NCBI GenBank assembly: GCA_040752415.1
Contig: JBFMGU010000310.1
Location: 1-11,862 of the forward strand
DNA: 11,862 bases
From: Myxococcota bacterium
GTDB taxonomy: Bacteria > Myxococcota > JACRCW01
Direction of reading: 5' to 3'
Under the pieces are notes generated by a model, which was given only the letters and a program-made list of their open reading frames with translations, was not told the origin of the DNA and ran no database searches. Both the position numbers and the translations under genes were made by a program. The first letter of the stretch is position 1, and every line of letters begins with the position of its first letter. Below, in pieces: positions 1 through 6,675 of this stretch.

Positions 1-22
1 TACAGATTGGCCGGTTACGTAT

Positions 23-175
23 GGGAGCCAGCGGGCCCGTGGGCCGCTGGTTTCCCGGTCGGAATCTGGCAATTCCGGTGCTTATCTCCGTGCCAACCCC
101 CACTGTCTCTTAGCCCCCCAGCCAGGCTTTGTGGCCACGCCGCCTGGCTGGTTTGTTCTTGGGGCCGGGGGGGCG
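23..175. other. Structured non-coding segment with three hairpins (candidate sRNA or 5' leader; alternatively a plus-strand terminator)
   Basis: Inverted repeats at 23-38/41-56 (core CCAGCGG/CCGCTGG), CGGAAT 60-65/ATTCCG 72-77, and a perfect 10-bp pair CCAGCCAGGC 118-127/GCCTGGCTGG 142-151 followed on the plus strand by TTTGTTCTT. None of the short ORFs here looks like a protein. Confidence 0.4.
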
Positions 176-186
176 TGGGAGCGCAG

Positions 187-203
187 AGCACGCGCAATGC
201 CAA
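187..203 (-). promoter_or_regulatory. Putative sigma-54 (RpoN) -24/-12 promoter firing leftward
   Basis: The minus strand reads TTGGCATTGCGCGTGCT, with exact GG-N10-GC spacing and a close match to TGGCAC-N5-TTGC(A/T). It is intergenic, with enhancer-like palindromes just upstream. Confidence 0.6.
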
Positions 204-244
204 TCCACTTCTCGACGGAAATCGCGTGGGAAGACGGTCCGGGC

Positions 245-283
245 CTGTCTGAATTTCGGACAGTGTGACTGAAAATCGGACAC
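245..283. promoter_or_regulatory. Tandem palindromic binding sites (putative enhancer-binding-protein UAS)
   Basis: TGTCTGAATTTCGGACA (246-262) and TGACTGAAAATCGGACA (266-282) are 14/17 identical and 20 bp apart centre to centre. Each is an imperfect palindrome with an AT-rich core. They lie at about -70 to -106 from the predicted sigma-54 start. Confidence 0.65.
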
Positions 284-287
284 TCCC

Positions 288-1013
288 TCAAATCTGCACG
301 CCCAGGGAGATGTTGTACTGGAACGCCGGGAACACCGCGGTGAAGGGCGGCGGACCGGATTCCACGTCTGCAATCGTGTCCATGCGCACGAACATGGGAT
401 GCAGTCCAAAGATGAAGCCCAGCCCCGCGTAGCCGCCCAGCGTCGGGAAGCTGCGGAAATGCAGCAGCGGGCTGTCATCCTGGACAATGAAGGTGCGCAT
501 GGCGGTGCTGACGCCGAGCATTCCGTACGGTTCCAGGAAGAAGTCGAGCTTCCGCAGCCGGTAACCGAGGGTTGCGCCGAGAGAGAGCTGGTTCACCTGG
601 CGCAGCGTCTGGTTCGGAGTGATGCCTGACAGGCGACCAATCCACTGCACGCCCAGCGGCACCGTGGTGGCGGGCCCCACGGAGATGAGCCGCGTCATCC
701 GACCGGAGATCTCGCCGCCCAGCATCACGTCCCCGAACACCGGACGACGCACACCCGCTCGCGCGCCGAAGTAGGGATCCACGGTGCTGGCAAACGGATT
801 CCCCGCCGTGGGGCTACCCAGGAACCCCCCCATGACGTCGACGTTGACACCAAGCGGCGTGGGCGGCGGCCGCTCGGGCAAGCGCTCCAGGGGAGTCTCG
901 TCATCGCGGTTGGTGTGCGTCGTCGAGGCCGCCGGCTCCTTGTCCACCTTGGTGTCTCCCTGCGGGGCGGCCACCAGGGACGCCCCCAGCACCCACGCAA
1001 TCAGAGCTGGCAT
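288..1013 (-). CDS. Exported hypothetical protein, putative small outer-membrane beta-barrel (241 aa)
   Basis: ATG at 1013 with GGAGG 9 nt upstream. Signal-like N-terminus MPALIAWVLGASLVA, then a low-complexity linker. Alternating amphipathic strands follow (LGVNVDVMGG, YFGARAGVR, LSLGATLGYRL, LEPYGMLGV, GGYAGLGFIF), ending in YNISLGVQI. The start overlaps the upstream gene by 13 nt. Confidence 0.7.
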   Translation of the reverse strand: MPALIAWVLGASLVAAPQGDTKVDKEPAASTTHTNRDDETPLERLPERPPPTPLGVNVDVMGGFLGSPTAGNPFASTVDPYFGARAGVRRPVFGDVMLGGEISGRMTRLISVGPATTVPLGVQWIGRLSGITPNQTLRQVNQLSLGATLGYRLRKLDFFLEPYGMLGVSTAMRTFIVQDDSPLLHFRSFPTLGGYAGLGFIFGLHPMFVRMDTIADVESGPPPFTAVFPAFQYNISLGVQI

Positions 1014-2437
1014 GGGAACGTTCCTCCGTTCTTGACCAGCGCGTTCTTGCCCGTGAAACCGGTGCACTGCGCCGCGACGTTGTTGACGGGCGCCGGGTAC
1101 TCCAGCCGCCCAAAGCGGTCGCACATGGCCTGGCACATGCCGCTGCGGGCGTCGTTTCCCGTCGTCGCAGGCAGCTCCTGCAGGAAGCGTCGGATGACCT
1201 GGCGCGGGTCAAAGCGTGCGTTGACCAGGTAGTCCTCGCCCAGCCGTCGCAGCGCGCGCAGCATGGCGGGCGTGTAGACGGTGCGGGCCAGCTCCACGCG
1301 CTCATCCTCGTCGACGGGGGCGGCGCCGGTCTGCGGGTTGGTGATGCCGTGATAGAACCCGCGACCAAACAGCGTCCCGAGGAAGTAGTAGCTCAGCGTG
1401 CCCTCCTCGGCCTGACGGACGTACGCCTCGTCGTAGATGATGAAGTCACGCTCCGGGTCAAGCTCCACGGCGAAGTTGCGGTCGCGCGTGGAGGGCTCGT
1501 TCTCGTCGTAGGAGAGCGAGCGCGTGAAGCCGAAGTCGGGGCGACCCATGTACGTGTACGCAATGATGTCGGCGAAGCCCTCGTTGATACCCTTCTGCAA
1601 CAGCGTGGAGGCCTTGCAGTCGTCGATCTCGTCGTCGGGCGTGTCGTCCGTGCAGAAGTCCTGGCCGCCGTAGAGCTCCTGAACCTTCCGGCGGAACGCC
1701 TCGTCGGAGATGTACAGGTTCTGCTCGAAGACGCGGTGACCGAACTCGTGGGCCAGCACGCCGGGGTTGGTGCCCAAAGCCACTTCCGCGGTGGGGAGCG
1801 CGTCGCGCAGGAGGATGAAAACGTCGGCGCTGGGGTTGTACGCGGCGTTGTCGGAGAGGATGAGCGGCACGCTGGGTCCGCCCAGTCCCGGCACGGAGCA
1901 GCTCACCACCGCTTCCGGGTCAAACAAACCCACCGCGCGCGTCGTGGCGGCGCGGGAGTCATCCTTGAGCACGTCGCGCAGGAACGCCTGCACGCGGTCC
2001 AGGTGCACGTAGGCGGTGAGCATGGCCAGGCTGTCGTGGTCCGCGGGAATCACCGCGTTGTCGACGGAGCCGTCCGCCAGCACCACGGGCTGGATGTTGT
2101 ACTGCAGGTTCACCTGCGTGGGTCTGGCCACGATGTGCAGCGCGTAGAAATCGTCGCGGGACAGGCTGGCCACGTCGGGGGTCAGCATGCCGCGACACGG
2201 ATCCCCCGCCGCCACCTGTCCGCCGCCGCGGATGACCACGCGCTTGCCTTCCAGCGTGTCGATGGCGGGGTTGTACGGGAGCGGCAGGCCCTCGTTGGCG
2301 TTCAGGAAGCTGTCCACGTACGAGTAGACCAGCGAGAACGTGTCCGTGTTGTCGACGAAGTCGAAGTGCTCGACGAGGACGTGACTGGTGCATCCCCCAC
2401 TGAGCAACAGGGATGCCAGCAGGCAGATGCGCTTCAT
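1001..2437 (-). CDS. Lipoprotein zinc metallopeptidase, gluzincin type (M4/M36-like motifs), 478 aa
   Basis: ATG at 2437 overlaps the upstream stop (ATGA), with a GGAGG RBS at 2445-2449. Lipoprotein signal MKRICLLASLLLSGG|C. Motifs DNAAY, HEFGH (1736-1750) and downstream GINEGFAD match the thermolysin/fungalysin pattern. The ORF-track start at 2761 is an over-extension. Confidence 0.85.
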   Translation of the reverse strand: MKRICLLASLLLSGGCTSHVLVEHFDFVDNTDTFSLVYSYVDSFLNANEGLPLPYNPAIDTLEGKRVVIRGGGQVAAGDPCRGMLTPDVASLSRDDFYALHIVARPTQVNLQYNIQPVVLADGSVDNAVIPADHDSLAMLTAYVHLDRVQAFLRDVLKDDSRAATTRAVGLFDPEAVVSCSVPGLGGPSVPLILSDNAAYNPSADVFILLRDALPTAEVALGTNPGVLAHEFGHRVFEQNLYISDEAFRRKVQELYGGQDFCTDDTPDDEIDDCKASTLLQKGINEGFADIIAYTYMGRPDFGFTRSLSYDENEPSTRDRNFAVELDPERDFIIYDEAYVRQAEEGTLSYYFLGTLFGRGFYHGITNPQTGAAPVDEDERVELARTVYTPAMLRALRRLGEDYLVNARFDPRQVIRRFLQELPATTGNDARSGMCQAMCDRFGRLEYPAPVNNVAAQCTGFTGKNALVKNGGTFPCQL

Positions 2438-3012
2438 GGCGCGGCCTCCTCGCGCTCCAGGCGGATCTCCACCTCGTCCTGGGCCTGCGGATAGATGAGG
2501 TTCACCAGCATGCCCGCCAGCGGCCAGGAGCACAGCGCGGTGCCCGCGGCCATGCACGGCAACGCGAGACAGCCCACGGTGAGCGTGTTGAGCGCGGAGA
2601 GCTGCAGCAGCGCAATGACGCCGCCCAGCGGATTGTTGCCGTTGGCCAGCATGCCGCCGACGAAGACGCGGACGGGGTCGCGGTTGAGCGTGTAGATGAG
2701 GCAGCAACCCGTGCCCGCGGACAGGAACGCGCATCCCAGGCTCCCCACGAAGGAGCCCCACTTGAGGAACGGGCCCATGCGGTCACGCGGCACGGCAATC
2801 CGACGGGTGCGGTAGCCTGGCTTGCTGACCACCACGTCGTGATCCGCGCCGCCCACATCTTCCCGGAAGGAGCGTTCCTCGGAGATGTCCTCGCCGTTGG
2901 CCACGATCTTCGCGTCAGCGGGCTCGGTCTTGATCTGCACCGTGCTGCATGCCGTGCCGAGGATCAGCAGCGCCATCACGACACATCTTGAAGCAGGGAA
3001 GGGCGGGAGCAT
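2434..3012 (-). CDS. PEGA-like domain lipoprotein with hydrophobic Cys/Gly-rich insert (about 192 aa)
   Basis: Lipobox LGTA|C, then VQIKTEPADAKIVANG...HDVVVSKPGY (PEGA pattern), a hydrophobic segment and a final strand EVEIRLE. Start is ATG 3012 (alternative ATG 2976). Confidence 0.7.
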   Translation of the reverse strand: MLPPFPASRCVVMALLILGTACSTVQIKTEPADAKIVANGEDISEERSFREDVGGADHDVVVSKPGYRTRRIAVPRDRMGPFLKWGSFVGSLGCAFLSAGTGCCLIYTLNRDPVRVFVGGMLANGNNPLGGVIALLQLSALNTLTVGCLALPCMAAGTALCSWPLAGMLVNLIYPQAQDEVEIRLEREEAAP

Positions 3013-3255
3013 GGACGTCCTGGTTCCGTCGTGGAACGGCCCCACACTATAGCGGTTGCCCGCGGCGCAAACGGAAACCCGCAACGTCGGACCTCCGGTC
3101 CGCGTGCCATCACCACGTCTTGACCGCGCCCCGTAGCCCGTTAACTCACGGGAGGCCTGCGGTCCCACGGTTGCTCGCTGACGACGTGAGCGCACGGCGA
3201 CAACCGGGAAGACCGCCAACACGTGGATTCGTCCCTGGGCGGGAGGGCGTTGCGC

Positions 3256-3888
3256 ATGCACGTCATCCTCTGTGCCGGCATGCTCCTGCTGTCCGCGTGG
3301 CCGGTCCCGGCGGACGGGCAATCCCCATCCATGTCCAACACGCCCGTGCCCGCCGCGCGGACCAGCTTCACCATCCACCGTGACGACGACGCCGTGCTGC
3401 GGGCCACGCATGCGCTCGTGGGCAGCGCGGTGGCGGTGATGCCGGTGGTGGTGATGGCCCTGCCTGCGTTGATCTCCACTGCCACGGAAGCGCTCTCGCG
3501 TCGCCTGGCGGCCGTGACGACGTCACTGGGGGAGGGCGTCGCGCGCGTAAGAGCATCCGTGGTGCCGGGGATGGTGACGCTCCTGGCCAGCCTGCGCAGT
3601 GCCGCGTTGCTGCCGTTGTTGGGCATCGTCGCCGTGGGGACCGCGGGGACGGTGATCATGGGGCTGGCGGTGACGTCCACGTGGTTTGCGCGTCCCGTCG
3701 GAGCGCGGGCCACGGAGCGCAGTGCGCGGCTGGTGAACATGTTCGCGCGGTTTGCGCTGTGGTCGCTGAGTGTGACGGGGAAGGGCGTGGGGATGCCTGC
3801 GCTGCACGCGTGGGTCACGGCGCTGCAGGGCACCGACGTGGCCGAGCAGGAAGCGGAGCGGGCCCGGGAGGACGCCACCGCCCGGTGA
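3256..3888 (+). CDS. Hypothetical exported/membrane protein (210 aa)
   Basis: GGGAGG at 3241-3246 precedes ATG 3256. Strong G/C bias at third codon positions. Signal-like N-terminus and several Ala/Val/Leu-rich hydrophobic helices. No family recognised. Confidence 0.7.
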   Translation: MHVILCAGMLLLSAWPVPADGQSPSMSNTPVPAARTSFTIHRDDDAVLRATHALVGSAVAVMPVVVMALPALISTATEALSRRLAAVTTSLGEGVARVRASVVPGMVTLLASLRSAALLPLLGIVAVGTAGTVIMGLAVTSTWFARPVGARATERSARLVNMFARFALWSLSVTGKGVGMPALHAWVTALQGTDVAEQEAERAREDATAR

Positions 3889-3891
3889 CGC

Positions 3892-4749
3892 TCACGCTGC
3901 GCTCTGCTGCGGCGACGCACCGCGCAGGAAAGCCGCCATCCGCGCCACCAGCTCCGGCGTTCGTGACGACGAGAAGAACTCGCCCCCTTGAGAGAGGAAG
4001 TGGTCGAGCTCCGGCAACACCTCCAGCTCGGACCCAGTGGCTTGCAGGCTGCGCCAGGTGGACGCGAGTTGGTCCAGGTTCCGGATGCGCAGGCCGGCGT
4101 TGCTGCGACCCGCCACGAGGATCAGCGTGGGTGTCTGCAACGGCCGGGTGATGCGCGGCGCGTTGAAGATGGAGTGGAGGAAGGGCAGCACGTCGCCATG
4201 GTCGAAGCGCTGTTGACTGAGGCTCATTCCCGTCGGACGCGCCTGTTCTGACGGCGGGGCAATGAACGCGGTGTAGAAGCTGCTGATGATCCGCACCGCC
4301 CCCGGCACGCGGTTCTTCGCCAGGCTCCGACGGAAGTACCAGTTCATGACGTCGGGATTCTGCTCCGTGATGTCGAGCAGCGGAGCCAGCAGCGCGGCGC
4401 GCGGTGTCACCGGTGCGTGCTCCAGGAGCCGCGCCACCGCGTACGCACCCATGCTGTGCGCCACCACGCCTGGGACCGCGCCGTGCTCCTGCGCCGCGTG
4501 TTCGACGACGAAACGTACATCATGGATCAGGTTGTCCAGCGTGAGACTTCCGGTGGATTCGCCGCTGTTGCGCGGGCTCATGGTGATGACGGTGAAGTGC
4601 GCCGCCATTTCCTGCACCAGCCGGTCCGACGCCGCCGATCCCCCCAGGCCCTTCACCACGACGACCGGCATCGCACTCCCGCCGACGAACGTGCGCACCT
4701 CGAGCGCAACGTCCGGTTCCGGATTCAGCGTGCTCACGCGCTCCTGCAT
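3892..4749 (-). CDS. Alpha/beta-fold hydrolase (285 aa)
   Basis: Nucleophile elbow AHSMG (4447-4461), PRNSGES matching the D.RGxGxS-type motif, LLAP, PTLILVAG and C-terminal LDHF. ATG 4749 lies 13 nt after the GT4 stop. Confidence 0.85.
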   Translation of the reverse strand: MQERVSTLNPEPDVALEVRTFVGGSAMPVVVVKGLGGSAASDRLVQEMAAHFTVITMSPRNSGESTGSLTLDNLIHDVRFVVEHAAQEHGAVPGVVAHSMGAYAVARLLEHAPVTPRAALLAPLLDITEQNPDVMNWYFRRSLAKNRVPGAVRIISSFYTAFIAPPSEQARPTGMSLSQQRFDHGDVLPFLHSIFNAPRITRPLQTPTLILVAGRSNAGLRIRNLDQLASTWRSLQATGSELEVLPELDHFLSQGGEFFSSSRTPELVARMAAFLRGASPQQSAA

Positions 4750-4762
4750 GGAGGCACGAGTA

Positions 4763-5890
4763 TCACGCCGTCGCAGCGCGGAGCAGTGCGGCATATTGCG
4801 GACCCAGTACGTCGGGGTTTCGCGTCTGCGCTCGTCGTCGTTGGTCGCGTTGCAGCTCCTCCCGCCACGCCGCATCCATCACCACGCGACCGAGCGCGTC
4901 CGCCAAAGCCACGTCGTCACCCGGTGGCACCAGGCACGCCGCGTCCACCATCTCCACCAACCCGCCCGTCCGCGACGCGACGACCGGCACACCACACCCC
5001 TGGGCCTCGGCCACCACCGCCGGTGCCCCTTCCGGGGACACACTGGGCACGGCAAGCACGGTGATTGCCCGCATGAACGCCGCCCGGTCCGACGGAGCCA
5101 CCATCCCAGCGAACGTCACCTTTGCCCCCGACGCACTCGCCTGTTGCTCGAGCGATCGACGCTCCGGCCCGTCTCCTCCGACGAGAACGCTGAGTGTCCC
5201 TCGTGCGGCGGCGCGCAGCAGGACATCCACGCCTTTCTGGGGAATGAGCCGCCCCAGGAATCCGACGTCGTGACGCGGAAAGGACGCGCTGGAACGGGAG
5301 AGCATCACGGGCAGCGGAAGGACCGTGACGTTTCGTCCCAGCACCACCTCCGTCGCCCTTGCCAACTCCTCGGACGGGGCCACCACGCCTTCCACCCGCG
5401 TGCCCATCATGCGCGTGAGCAGACCACCGCCGGGAACTCGTTGCAGCAACCTGACGTCGGACCCGTGGGCGTGCAGCACCACCGGCGGTCCTCCCAGCGC
5501 GCGCGCCACCACCGCCGCCAATCCCGCGGGCACCAGCCAATGCGCGTACACCACGTCGACATCGCGACGAAGCCCGAGGATGCCGCGAACAAACGCCGTC
5601 GTGACGCCACCAGAGAGCAATCCACCGCGCAGGACACCGAGCTCTCGCGCCAGGCGGACGGGAGCGCCGGCGCCGTAGAACAGCGTTTCCCTGGCAACGG
5701 GCGCGTACCTCACGCGGATCGCCGGGACGCCTTCCACGACGTCATCCAGCGGCCCCGCCGCATGTGGCGCCATGACCCGCACTTCGCACCCGTTCGCCTG
5801 CAACGCGCGACACAACGGGACCAGGAACGCGCCCGCCGCGTCGCTGGCATGACGTGGAAAGGACGTGGTGACGACGAGGACGCGCGTCAT
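4763..5890 (-). CDS. Glycosyltransferase family 4 (GT-B fold), 375 aa
   Basis: N-terminus MTRVLVVTTSFPR, plus AHWLVP, HGSDV, FLGRLIPQKG, the EX7E motif EGAPAVVAE and GVPVVASRTGG. ATG 5890 overlaps the upstream stop (ATGA). Confidence 0.93.
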   Translation of the reverse strand: MTRVLVVTTSFPRHASDAAGAFLVPLCRALQANGCEVRVMAPHAAGPLDDVVEGVPAIRVRYAPVARETLFYGAGAPVRLARELGVLRGGLLSGGVTTAFVRGILGLRRDVDVVYAHWLVPAGLAAVVARALGGPPVVLHAHGSDVRLLQRVPGGGLLTRMMGTRVEGVVAPSEELARATEVVLGRNVTVLPLPVMLSRSSASFPRHDVGFLGRLIPQKGVDVLLRAAARGTLSVLVGGDGPERRSLEQQASASGAKVTFAGMVAPSDRAAFMRAITVLAVPSVSPEGAPAVVAEAQGCGVPVVASRTGGLVEMVDAACLVPPGDDVALADALGRVVMDAAWREELQRDQRRRAQTRNPDVLGPQYAALLRAATA

Positions 5891-6672
5891 GGCTCGTCGG
5901 TGAAGACGCGGAAGAACTGGCGGGGAGACTTCTTGCGTTGGCAGCGCGTTGCGGCGCTCATGTAGCAGACCGTGAACGCCCGACGCGGCTGCGCCGTGCG
6001 GTTCACGCCGGAGCGATGCCACACGAAGTTGTGGACGAGCATCGCCTCGCCGGCGCGCGCGGGAAGCGGCAGGGCCTTCTCGTCGGCGTGTGCGGCCTCG
6101 AGTTGCTCCTTGGGCACCAGCCCCCCGAACTCCCGCGCGAGCCCGCCCAGGTGGCTCCGGTCCATCACCTCCACGCAACCGGAATCCTCCGTGGCGTCGT
6201 CGAGCGCGGTCCAGATCTGCAGCGTGGGCTGGCGGTCCAGGCCCCACAACAGGCCACCATCCTGGTGCCACGGCTGCGGGGTGCCGCCCTGTGCCGCCTT
6301 GTTGAAGATCACGGCGCGGTAGATGGCCACCTCCCCGTCGATGTGCGCGCGGGCAATGCGTTCGAACAGCGCGTTGTTCATCCACGCCCGGAAACGCTCG
6401 TCACGCTCCAGCTTCTCCAGCTTCCGGTACTGCAGCGAGGGGCCGATGTATCCCTGGCCCAGCGGCAGATCCTCGTACGCGTTGTTGGGCGCGTCGTGCT
6501 GGAAGAACATGCCGTCCACGCGCACGCGGCCCAGCATGAGGTCGTCGCTGCGCTCGCGGAGCTGGGCCAATCCCTCGTCGCCAAGGACCCGACCCAGCCG
6601 CGCCCATCCGTGCTCGCGGTAGTGCGCCAGCACCGGCTCCAGGTTCATTCGCTCGACGTCAGGCAACAACAT
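5887..6672 (-). CDS. PhyH-family Fe(II)/2-oxoglutarate dioxygenase (261 aa)
   Basis: Y..HGW N-terminus, FNK, PWHQD (HxD), IWTALDDATEDSGC, AGEAML, WHRSGVN (distal His) and RRAF (2OG-binding Arg). Confidence 0.92.
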   Translation of the reverse strand: MLLPDVERMNLEPVLAHYREHGWARLGRVLGDEGLAQLRERSDDLMLGRVRVDGMFFQHDAPNNAYEDLPLGQGYIGPSLQYRKLEKLERDERFRAWMNNALFERIARAHIDGEVAIYRAVIFNKAAQGGTPQPWHQDGGLLWGLDRQPTLQIWTALDDATEDSGCVEVMDRSHLGGLAREFGGLVPKEQLEAAHADEKALPLPARAGEAMLVHNFVWHRSGVNRTAQPRRAFTVCYMSAATRCQRKKSPRQFFRVFTDEP

Positions 6673-6675
6673 GGC

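Noticed and set aside
79..96. Second sigma-54-like element TTGGCACGGAGATAAGCA on the minus strand
   Set aside because: The -24 box is perfect but the spacing is GG-N11-GC; sigma-54 needs N10.
3013..3255. Promoters in the divergent intergenic region (minus-strand TATAGT at 3045-3050, plus-strand TTGACC at 3120-3125, a minus-strand TGGCACG, short palindromes)
   Set aside because: No -35/-10 or -24/-12 pair has correct spacing, and the palindromes have arms of only 5-6 bp.
3886..3899. Partial matches to the 17-bp repeat: TGACGCTCACGCTG at the convergent junction, and GTCAGCGTGA at 8347-8356
   Set aside because: Short or gapped matches of this length are expected by chance at this GC content.
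3141..3920. 259-aa minus-strand ORF
   Set aside because: Antisense to 3256-3888, which has the RBS, a signal-like N-terminus and a coherent hydrophobic pattern.
4286..5965. Long plus-strand ORFs (4286-5965, 1349-2494, 5938-6870, 7668-8618, 9060-10265, 10486-11616)
   Set aside because: These are antisense shadows of well-supported minus-strand genes, common in GC-rich DNA, and show no recognisable motifs.
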